DNA of 11,313 nt from Octopus sinensis. Taxonomy: Eukaryota. Below the pieces are notes generated by a model, which saw only the letters and a program-made list of their open reading frames with translations, searched no databases and had not been told where the DNA came from. The position numbers and the translations under genes were made by a program. This document shows, piece by piece, positions 1-8,072 of the stretch. Each line of letters begins with the position of its first letter. Within the stretch, counting starts at the first letter, position 1. Location of the stretch: assembly GCF_006345805.1 (NCBI RefSeq), contig NW_021827037.1:1-11313 (forward strand), given 5' to 3'.

Positions 1-140
1 GATGTTCGTTGCTCATCTTCTGTCACTGATTTTACCAGAATCAGTGAAGACCACAGTCCTCGCCACCCTGCCCTTCCGAAAAATGATTCTTATATCAACC
101 CTTTAAGTTTGAGAATCAAAAGAATTCAGCTAGGATTAAT

Positions 141-174
141 CTTGGTTTCTTATTTGAACATTCTACGCTTTTAG
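141..174 (+). other. Candidate 3' splice acceptor opening the large propeller exon
   Basis: Pyrimidine-rich tract ending TTTTAG|GTGTAG. Propeller-like coding begins directly downstream and the upstream frames contain stops. Confidence 0.35.
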
Positions 175-3100
175 GTGTAGAAATGTTTGGTCAGACCATA
201 TCGTCATTGACTGGGAAGAGAATAGAATAAAATACGAATTCATAATGAAAGAAACCCCTTCAGATATTGCTGTAGGAGCACAAAATAAACTCTTAGTATC
301 CTTTTCCAATATTAACAGGGTTACCTGTACAATGTGGATGGTCAGCAGTTATTTGAGGTGGGTGGATACAAATTCCCTGGACATTCCAAGCCACATCTCT
401 GTGTACCAAACCATTTTTATGTCCTTCAGGACATATTATTTATCGGATATCAGGTACAGGTGCTGTGACAACAAGAGGAATTGGCATGCATGAATGCCGC
501 CATATTTCTGTGGCAAAGAAAACATTTTTGTAACTGATTATTTTGATGTCCTTCATACATTGGAACAAATGAAGACTTTTGGCCCAGGCAGTCACATAAC
601 CCCCAGCTATGGACCCCAACATTGAACAACTATATTTATATTGAGGATTGCTACAACATTACAAATATTCTACCTATGTCTACATCTTCTATATTAATAA
701 TTTACAAAAACAGAAAGCTAAATTATTCACTGATAACGGGAAATAATTAACCAAAATAATTCAGTTTTCTTGAGCTTCCTCTTTCTGTTGTAGAATAAAC
801 GCAAACAGATTCCTGGTATTTTATTGTGAATTGAAAGGATTTCAGTATATCACCTGTCCTGAACTAAGAAAAGGCCCTTTAATAAAGGTGCAACTGGTTA
901 CATGAAAATATGTCATATTGTATCAAATAAGTGTCTGGCTGTGACCACCACTGAAAATAAAAGCGAGGTCCATATCTTATTGATCAACGAGATAAAGTTG
1001 ACATTGCAGAAAGAATTTCTCTGGGACATCATAATGTCAGCATTGCTGCAACTCCAATTAATTTTGTAGTCGTAGATGGAAACGAAAATAAAATGGTATT
1101 ATTCCACATGTGGTGAAGAACTTTTTCAAAAATACCTTCCATTCTATGGCTACCCTCATCACATCTACTCTGATAATGTTTATTTCTATGTCCTCTTCAG
1201 GAGACACTCTATTCTCAGATGTTACGATCTATATGGAGAAATGAAATGGCAGTGGGAACTGCCTTCCCTGTCACCCTCACATTGCTGTTTCCAAGGAACT
1301 CTTTATGTCCCGGACACTCAACTCAACAGGGTTCTTCTTTACAAGTATCAAGACTGGTCGTCTGGCTGTCGTTACCCATTAAAATCCTTATATCAGAAAT
1401 CTAAATCTACGACTGAAAGAAAAGGAGAATGACCAAAAACTTGTCATTGGCGAAATATGTAATCTGTCCAATGGACAGTTGGTGGTGTCTGACATCAACC
1501 ATGATTGCTTGTTGTACATTTTGAGGAAGGAGACATTGTGTCCAGATTATCTCTGCCGTCTACAGCCACAGATATATGTCGAGGATTCTAATCATATAGG
1601 GGTCACATTACCCCTACAGAAACAATTAAGGGTCATCGGAAACCTATCAAAGACAGTGAGAAGTGTAAAATTAAGGCAGCCTTATGTACAGGTGTGTAAG
1701 ATGGGTGAATGTGAAATTGTTTGTTATTGTGATAAACCATCACATTTAGACATTTTAGCCATCAATAATGATAATCAAGTTGAAGTAATTAAGACAATTA
1801 ATATCCCTGTGTTTGTGAAATCATTATCAGTAGACAAGGAAACAGAAAAGCTATTAATTGTTACTAGGGGAAAAGCTTTTCAGTACAACACTAGAATAGG
1901 TGGTGGTGGTCATGGCGTTTGTCAGATGGTCCCCAGTGTTTTAATGTCCCAAGTGAAACGTCCCCTCAGTCTCCAAGGTGGATCTATTGACCAAACGTCT
2001 GTTTATCTGATAGACAGAAGCCGTATGTTTGCCATAAACGATCAGAATTTGTTGGTTAATGATCTCGTTACTAATAATCAACTTAATTATTATATCGACC
2101 TGGTGGATGTATTTTCCAGACACATTTCTCTCAGTGAAATGTTGTCTTCCACTTTATATCTACAGGACCTGACAGTTTCTGATAAAGCCAGGCATATTCC
2201 TCTCCCTAAACATTTGGGAGACAAAGGACCAGCGGAGATTAGATCTTTGGTTCTTACTGAAAATAATCTGATTGCAGGATGTGACAGGGAGAATGGAAAC
2301 ATTAAGATATTCACATTGGATGGTCACCTATTGGATTCAATCAAAGTGAATGTTCATTATGATATTAAAATGTGTCGATGGCAGTCAAACACACTGGTCA
2401 TTACGACTAGGGATCGTTTTAATAAATCCCAACTGTGGACATTAAAAGTGGAATTTCCATTGTCGTTGGTAATTTACCAAACGAGAAATAATTATAAATG
2501 TGTGGCTTCTTTATCAAATAATCAACTGGTTTTGAGTGAATCGGGAGATGAAAGACATTTGCATTTTGTTGATATTGATGAAATACATTCGAGTGTGAAG
2601 GAAATAAATAAAATAGACATACCTGAACCATTAATATGGAGACACGAAGTTGGAGATTATTCTGATATAATCCAGGATTAAAGTTACTGATGAAGATGTC
2701 ATCATTGTCTTCAACGAAAGATTCATCATCTTCTTCAACAGTGGTGGTCAATATTTACATTCAGTCAGACACTACATGCAGTATTATTTTGGTGATGACA
2801 GGATGACAATTGATGACAGTTTTTTGTACATTTATGGTTATTGGGAGAAATATTTACGTTCATCAGGATATGGAAACATTTTGTGTTTGACCCAGAATGG
2901 GGAATACGAGAGAATATTTTTAAATGAAAGAATTTATAAAGATGAAGTAGAATTCTCCAGTATAGACTGTAAAGGACCAAGGTTTATTGGAAGCCCCAGG
3001 AGGGAAGAAAGGAATGAATGTATGTTGAAGGGGTTTATGGTGAATCGAGACAGCTTCCCGGTTGCTCGTTTACAACAGACGAATGTCCTGTTCAAGTAAA

Positions 3101-3533
3101 AGATTTTGATGTCTCTGAGGAAGGAAAGACATTGCGTGTGAAAAAGCCAATAATGGAAATGTTAAAATATTCGATGAAGACGGCCAGTTGCTATGTCACA
3201 GAAATGTTGCAAGTTTAGTTGGTGGTGTGTGTTTTACACAAGAATCACACATAATGGCCACGGTTCCTAAAAGAAAGAAATACTTCAACTGAATGGAGAA
3301 GATTTGCAGACATCTCAAGTTTGGTCGGGTCTCATCCCTTATGGTGTAATATGGAGAAAAGTGGCGGGTATTTACTGGTGTGTACATAATGAATTGATTG
3401 AATGTCATTGCATAAAGATTGATGGGGACCAAGTGAACATTCTGGAATCTGTGTCGTTATTAATCTTGATTCTGGTCTTCGTTTCCCTTCCATTACATCT
3501 GAAACGAACAAGGAAATATTCAGTAAGGATTAA
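175..3533 (+). pseudogene. Frameshift-interrupted long reading frame (~1,100 aa when repaired) of tandem beta-propeller (NHL-like) modules; pseudogene or intact gene with assembly indels
   Basis: ORF-track fragments 245-493, 1076-1432, 1479-2681, 2776-3099, 3018-3218 and 3304-3537 join into one propeller-like peptide when 1-2 nt gaps are filled, e.g. TPSDIAVGAQNKLLVSF, HPHIAVFQGTLYVPDTQLNRV, IGEICNLSNGQLVVSDINHD, VKDFDVSEEGK. From 1145 onward most repairs are guided by the paralog at 9238-11313. Repairs upstream of 1145 are my own reconstruction and less certain. The family call rests on blade-like patterns only, with no HMM search. Confidence 0.7.
1383..2681 (+). CDS. Largest open segment of the propeller gene (400 aa ORF from TTG at 1479; frame open from 1383)
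   Basis: Frame 3 is open from 1383 (NPYIRNLNLRLKEKENDQKLVIGEICNLSNGQ) to TAA 2679-2681. It is an internal fragment and not an independent gene: homology to the paralog continues on both sides. Confidence 0.65.
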   Translation, partial: NPYIRNLNLRLKEKENDQKLVIGEICNLSNGQLVVSDINHDCLLYILRKETLCPDYLCRLQPQIYVEDSNHIGVTLPLQKQLRVIGNLSKTVRSVKLRQPYVQVCKMGECEIVCYCDKPSHLDILAINNDNQVEVIKTINIPVFVKSLSVDKETEKLLIVTRGKAFQYNTRIGGGGHGVCQMVPSVLMSQVKRPLSLQGGSIDQTSVYLIDRSRMFAINDQNLLVNDLVTNNQLNYYIDLVDVFSRHISLSEMLSSTLYLQDLTVSDKARHIPLPKHLGDKGPAEIRSLVLTENNLIAGCDRENGNIKIFTLDGHLLDSIKVNVHYDIKMCRWQSNTLVITTRDRFNKSQLWTLKVEFPLSLVIYQTRNNYKCVASLSNNQLVLSESGDERHLHFVDIDEIHSSVKEINKIDIPEPLIWRHEVGDYSDIIQD

Positions 3534-3560
3534 TTAATAAATTGGAATACAGAGGAGGAG

Positions 3561-4721
3561 ATGGAGATGGAGGAGGAAGAAGAGAGAGGTAAATCAGGTG
3601 AAATAATTGGTAAAGGTAGATTAAAGGTGAGATGTGGTAATTACATAGCAGAGATTAATAATTCAGGAATTGATGAAATATCAGTGAGGAGACTTCCATA
3701 TAGGACAGCAATGGTCCCTTTTTCCATTCCTGCATTTGAGGAACCTGTTGATTATGATTTGTGGGACATTAGGGACCGGAACAGTAAACTAATTAAGTTA
3801 GATGAGAATGTGAGTGTGTTGATGTTTCGAGAAAGTGTCACATTAATCAGAACAACAACAACAACAACAGTGGACATACTTCAACATGAACAACAACAAC
3901 GACCACCACTGGACATATGTCGGTGGACAGAGGAATGTTTCATTGTCGCCTTTGGGAGAGAAATGAGGGTCTTCGATAGGGATCTCCGTCGTTTAAAAAC
4001 CATCAGAACTGAGAAATACTACAACAGGATTTATAAATACAACGACAATCAACTCGTGTGTGGTGGTCACGATATTAGAGACATAACTCAAGAAGAGAGA
4101 CACAAGAAATACAAAAGTAAATGGAGAAACAACAAGGATTACTATATTTGCGATGACCCCAGCATCTTTGACCCTTATTATGTGGATGTGGTTGATATCA
4201 AAGATGGGAAATGTAAAGATGAAGTGCGTCGTGAGAAGATGAGGAGATTGGGAAGGTTGGAGGGAGATGAAGGGGTGGTGGATGGTGTGGGAGTCACATC
4301 TTTTGGTGATGTTGTTGTTTTGGGGAAGCAGATAAAGAAGGAGTTTGGAATTTGGGGAGTTTATTGTTTTGTGGAATGGTTCAGGGAAAAGTCTTTGGTG
4401 AGGAGGATAAGAATAGAAGAAAGAATATTTTCTTTTCTGGGAGAATATATTCAAAGACCTCGTCTGACCATAATTGGTGAATGTGTTTATATAACAGATT
4501 TAAATAACAATATTTACGAAATACCTCGACATATTGAAGAGGAAACATCTGAAGATGATGAAATCCTGAGATTAAAAGATAATCCAAAATATTTACTCCT
4601 CAGAGGGGATGATAATGAAGTCTTTGAAGTTCTTGGTTTGGATGTTTCAGACAATTCTTTGATGGTTTTTGGAATTATTCCTGGACGTCAATCTTTTGCT
4701 TTCTTTTATTTTGACAAATAA
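3561..4721 (+). CDS. 386 aa protein with acidic N-terminus and one beta-propeller-like module
   Basis: Uninterrupted ATG-to-TAA ORF. It contains DICRWTEECFIVAFG, RIYKYNDNQLVCGG, DGVGVTSFGDVVVLG, RPRLTIIGECVYITD and VLGLDVSDNSLMVFG blade-like segments. The DICRW motif is shared with upstream modules. Confidence 0.7.
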   Translation: MEMEEEEERGKSGEIIGKGRLKVRCGNYIAEINNSGIDEISVRRLPYRTAMVPFSIPAFEEPVDYDLWDIRDRNSKLIKLDENVSVLMFRESVTLIRTTTTTTVDILQHEQQQRPPLDICRWTEECFIVAFGREMRVFDRDLRRLKTIRTEKYYNRIYKYNDNQLVCGGHDIRDITQEERHKKYKSKWRNNKDYYICDDPSIFDPYYVDVVDIKDGKCKDEVRREKMRRLGRLEGDEGVVDGVGVTSFGDVVVLGKQIKKEFGIWGVYCFVEWFREKSLVRRIRIEERIFSFLGEYIQRPRLTIIGECVYITDLNNNIYEIPRHIEEETSEDDEILRLKDNPKYLLLRGDDNEVFEVLGLDVSDNSLMVFGIIPGRQSFAFFYFDK

Positions 4722-4722
4722 A
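4717..4722 (+). promoter_or_regulatory. Candidate polyadenylation signal overlapping the stop of the 386 aa ORF
   Basis: AATAAA contains the TAA at 4719-4721; a T/GT-rich tract follows at 4749-4777. AATAAA is common by chance in AT-rich DNA. Confidence 0.35.
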
Positions 4723-4748
4723 TATTTCCAGAAATATTAAACTTCAAT

Positions 4749-4777
4749 CTTCTTCTTCTTCTTATTGTTGTTGTTGT
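4749..4777. repeat. (CTT)n/(TTG)n microsatellite
   Basis: Direct reading. Confidence 0.85.
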
Positions 4778-4780
4778 AAA

Positions 4781-4835
4781 TGGCTTCGCCCGGGAATCGA
4801 ACCTGCATCGCATACATCGCATTCTACACACTTAT
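4781..4835 (-). other. tRNA-like fragment (B box / T arm); tRNA-derived SINE relic or tRNA pseudogene piece
   Basis: The minus strand reads GTGTAGAATGCG...GCAGGTTCGATTCCCGGGCGAAGCCA, with a consensus B box GGTTCGATTCC. No full cloverleaf is present. Confidence 0.4.
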
Positions 4836-4856
4836 TGTTGTAACATTCCTCAACAC

Positions 4857-5040
4857 TCTCTCTTTGCGTGTGTGTGTATATTTATATACAGTATATGTAC
4901 ATGTGTTTATATATATATACACATATTTAGGAATGTATGTATAGAAATAAGGCTATAAATATGTATGTTTGTGTGTGTGTGTATATACGCATGTATATAT
5001 ATGTGTATATATATATATATATATGCTTGCATGTATGTAT
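4857..5040. repeat. Compound (CT)/(TG)/(TA) dinucleotide low-complexity tract
   Basis: Direct reading. Confidence 0.85.
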
Positions 5041-5105
5041 AGGAATGTCTGGTCCGAAAGCAGAGACTTTCATAATCATTGATTCTCTATTAAAAGGCAG
5101 ACGAC

Positions 5106-5367
5106 CACCGCCGCTGTCTCCGCCGTCATCATCGTCATCGTCTCCGCCGTCGTCGTCGTGGTGGTCGTCGTCGTCTCCGCCGCAGTCGTCGTCGTCGTGG
5201 TCGTCGTCGTGGCCGTCGTCGTCGTCTCCGCCGTCGTGGTCGTGGTCGTCATCATCATCATCATCATCACCATCACCATCATCATCATCATCATCGTCGT
5301 CGTCATCACACATCATCGTCATCATCATCATCATCGTCGTCATCATCATCAATCATCAGCATCGTCG

Positions 5368-5402
<35 letters not shown>

Positions 5403-5430
5403 GTCGTCATCATCATCATCGTCGTCATCA
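5106..5430. repeat. Compound (TCG)n/(TCA)n trinucleotide microsatellite
   Basis: Direct reading. It generates the poly-S/D/T/H/M ORFs in the track. Confidence 0.95.
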
Positions 5431-5558
5431 GCGTTGTGTGTGCGTTGTGGCAGTCTGCATCTGACAGTTTTTAACGTTTAATAAGAAAGAGATTGTTGTT
5501 GTTGCAGTAGTAAATTCCAACTGCACACACGCACAAACATTGCCTTTGTCCTCGTAGG

Positions 5559-5586
5559 GTTGTTGTTGTTGTTGTTGTTGCTGTTG
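5559..5586. repeat. (TTG)n microsatellite
   Basis: Direct reading. Confidence 0.95.
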
Positions 5587-5589
5587 GGG

Positions 5590-5945
5590 GTTCATAAAAA
5601 AAGAGAAGGACACTTTAAGAAGCATTCAGTAAAAGCTTTCCCATAGCTGGTTTTTCACGCTAGAAATAGAAACCACTTACTTTCATATAAAATTTGAAGG
5701 ACAGATATAGAAGCATTCATAAATAAAATTGACCTGTATATGGTCTCATTTCATGCTAGAAAGAGCCACAAAAACCTTCACTTTGTCTCATCACAAATAA
5801 AAATCCAAGGACAATTTACAAAACATCCATGTCAAATATTGTCCTATAGATGGCCTAACATCATGCTAGAAATAACAGCCAAATACTCTGAAATTTGTAT
5901 CGTTTTCATAAAAATAAAAAGTGAAGGACACTTTAAGAAGCAACT
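5590..5945. repeat. Degenerate tandem array of ~3.3 units of 91-117 nt
   Basis: Motif A (GAAGGACA...AGAAGCA) at 5605, 5696, 5806 and 5923; the first and last share an identical 20-mer GAAGGACACTTTAAGAAGCA. Motif B (TCAYGCTAGAAA) at 5655, 5751 and 5861. Confidence 0.75.
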
Positions 5946-6240
5946 CTAAAAATGTCCCTGCGGTTAAGTGTTATTAAGTGTAAAAAAGTATAAAAGTATG
6001 CATCTATGAGTTTATGTGTTAAAAACATAGCAAAGACATGTGTGTATATGTAGGTATATACATGTGTATAAAGGTATTTTTGTATAAATAGGGTATTTTT
6101 GAATGAAATTTGGTAGAAATAACTTTCAAACGATGTAGATTACGATTAAAAAGAAATTGTTGGCAAAATGTTTTGTAAGGGTTCGAGGGAAAAAGTGTGT
6201 GATTTAAGGGAGATTTGGCTGTTGTTCTAGCACACCACCC

Positions 6241-6275
6241 TCCTTGTCTTCTTTTTTTCTCATTTTTTCCCTCAG
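6241..6275 (+). other. Candidate 3' splice acceptor
   Basis: Long polypyrimidine tract TCCTTGTCTTCTTTTTTTCTCATTTTTTCCCTCAG. No convincing coding exon follows. Confidence 0.25.
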
Positions 6276-6580
6276 AAACACATTATGTTATATAAAAAAA
6301 TAAAAAGAATATTTAAAAAATCTCTGATTATTTTTAGCCCCACTTCCTGGCCCCCGATTCTTTCTCTTTATATAATCGTTAAAATATTGGAGAGCCTGAG
6401 AAGATTCTTGCTGGGATTGATCCACAGGGATTTAAATAAGAGCTTTGTAAAAGAGGATTTCTTTTGAGAGCATCCTTTTCTGTTAGGAAATGAAAGTGGA
6501 AGTTTCATTAAAAATATCCATTTTCTGGAAGTTATGAGGAAACAAAGTCGATGGGGTGTTCATCTGTAGTTATGCCACAG

Positions 6581-6584
<4 letters not shown>

Positions 6585-6621
<37 letters not shown>

Positions 6622-6650
6622 ATATAATATATATATATATATATATATAT
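6585..6650. repeat. (TA)n microsatellite with an ATAAT interruption
   Basis: Direct reading; TA/TG-rich low complexity continues to ~6930. Confidence 0.95.
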
Positions 6651-7095
6651 AACTGTAGAAATGTAGGTGTGTATATATATATTATATGTATGTGTGTTTG
6701 TGTATACATTTATTCATGTATATGTACAAGTTTAAAAAAGAAATATCAAAAGATGTTGGAATATTTGAGGTATTGGATAATTTCCGACTCTATTGTATAG
6801 GATTGCCGATACATTTATATAGGAATATAAATATACATCATAATTATACCCACAGAAAAGCAGAATATTATATATACATGCATATTCACATACAAACTCA
6901 GATATATATACATATAATTATACATTATTATACGTAGACTTCTTGCACACACATAGAAAAGACAACGGGTAAATCCATCTGTGACAACCCATGCTTAAGG
7001 GTGTCTGGTGATATTTCGGGTCTGGTATTACACAAACCGCCCAGTCTGGAGTCTCTCTATAACTTCTGCCACTTCCCGTTCAATTGTTTCTATCT

Positions 7096-7108
7096 GTTGC
7101 CTAGCAAC
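7096..7108. promoter_or_regulatory. RFX X-box motif
   Basis: GTTGCCTAGCAAC matches the consensus GTNRCC-N(0-3)-RGYAAC and is nearly palindromic. Function is not shown. Confidence 0.45.
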
Positions 7109-7505
7109 GCTAATTTGAATGACAAAAAACGTGGAGAAAAAGGCGGGAAATCAAAGAGACATTGTCAGCATTTTTATGAATTAAATAATGTTAAATGACA
7201 TCAAATGTGTCACAATTAAGTCATTAATTAGGAATTATAATTAATTTGGACGTGAAAAAAAGAAAGGAAAACTAACGGATGGTGTATATGTATGTATTTA
7301 TGTATGTACATAAGCAGGTAAATATTTATATATGTAAGTGTGTATGAATATTTACATACGTATAGAGAGAGAAAGGGGGGAGAGAGAGGGTGGAGTATAC
7401 ACATGTATACACGTAAGGCGAATGATGTCTGGGGTGGTATCGGTTTGTCTGGTGTGTTGTATACACGCCTGTTTATGTTGTGCGTGTGTGTATTCATGGT
7501 GATGT

Positions 7506-7530
7506 TGTGTGTGTGTGTGTGTGTGTGTGT
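7506..7530. repeat. (TG)n microsatellite
   Basis: Direct reading. Confidence 0.95.
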
Positions 7531-7575
7531 ATCCGGGAACGTCACTTTCTGCCTCTCTCTCTATATCTGACTGTC

Positions 7576-7576
<1 letters not shown>

Positions 7577-7634
<58 letters not shown>
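7577..7634. repeat. (CTAT)n / (GATA)n tetranucleotide microsatellite
   Basis: Direct reading. Confidence 0.95.
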
Positions 7635-7635
<1 letters not shown>

Positions 7636-7636
7636 G

Positions 7637-7686
7637 CCATTTGACTGCGGCCATGCTGGAGCACCGCCTTTAATCGAGCAACTCGA
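7637..7686 (-). mobile_element. 3'-end fragment of the same SINE family
   Basis: CCATTTGACTGCGGCCATGCTGGAGCACCGCCTTTAATCGAGCAACTCGA is the near reverse complement of 8391-8440. Confidence 0.85.
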
Positions 7687-7688
7687 TG

Positions 7689-7703
7689 CACACACTCACA
7701 CAT

Positions 7704-7775
<72 letters not shown>
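7689..7775. repeat. (CA)n followed by (TA)n
   Basis: Direct reading; left flank of the foldback element. Confidence 0.95.
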
Positions 7776-7783
<8 letters not shown>

Positions 7784-8004
7784 TTAAGGGTAGAAATTGA
7801 TATTTATCAATTAAGACTAGTGGTCTAGCATATTAAAAAGAATCTGAAGATTAAAATATTTATATTACCAATTGAGGACTGAACACGAAAAGTGGACAGT
7901 CAACCTCAATGGTATATATAAAATATTTTAATCTTCGGATTCTTTTTAATATGCTAGACCACTGGTCTAATTGATAAATATCAATTCTACCCTTAATTAA
8001 TATT
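7776..8004. mobile_element. Foldback / MITE-like palindromic element within (TA)n
   Basis: About 110 bp arms: 7776-7886 pairs with 7892-8004 with a few mismatches and 1-nt gaps, around a GAAAA loop at 7887-7891. Termini are AATATTAATTAAGGG...CCCTTAATTAATATT. No coding capacity. The inverted repeat is certain; the MITE label is inference. Confidence 0.75.
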
Positions 8005-8039
8005 ATATATATAATATAATATATATTATATAGGTGTTG

Positions 8040-8070
<31 letters not shown>

Positions 8071-8071
8071 T
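8005..8071. repeat. TA-rich tract followed by (TG)n
   Basis: Direct reading; right flank of the foldback element. Confidence 0.95.
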
Positions 8072-8072
8072 A

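Noticed and set aside
1-174. Upstream exon (DVRCSSSVTDF...) with a ~70 nt intron
   Set aside because: The only donor candidate (AA|GTTTGA at 107) is weak and the peptide has no recognisable similarity.
2650-3500. Programmed ribosomal frameshifting to explain the broken frame
   Set aside because: There are too many shifts, no consistent slippery heptamer or downstream structure, and the paralog keeps frame at the same sites.
1941-4587. Minus-strand ORFs overlapping the propeller region
   Set aside because: They show no motif content and lie opposite a coherent + strand frame supported by the paralog.
175-4721. Viral, horizontally transferred or transposon-encoded origin of the intronless ORFs
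   Set aside because: No integrase, transposase, polymerase or capsid motifs and no terminal repeats or target-site duplications were seen. Large single exons are normal in animal propeller and ZNF genes.
1479-4721. Assigning a TRIM2/3/71 or other gene symbol
   Set aside because: No RING, B-box or filamin domain is in the window and the blades are too diverged to name.
4927-5625. Poly-D/S/T/H/M/Q ORFs (4927-5352, 4937-5464, 5076-5309, 5158-5481, 5428-5625)
   Set aside because: They are stop-free translations of trinucleotide and dinucleotide microsatellites, open in several frames and on both strands.
5605-5942. CRISPR-like repeat-spacer reading of the periodic array
   Set aside because: The context is eukaryotic, repeats are degenerate, periods are irregular (91-117 nt), and there are no cas-like ORFs.
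6342-6349. ETS-like motif ACTTCCTG
   Set aside because: An isolated 8-mer, expected by chance at this scale.
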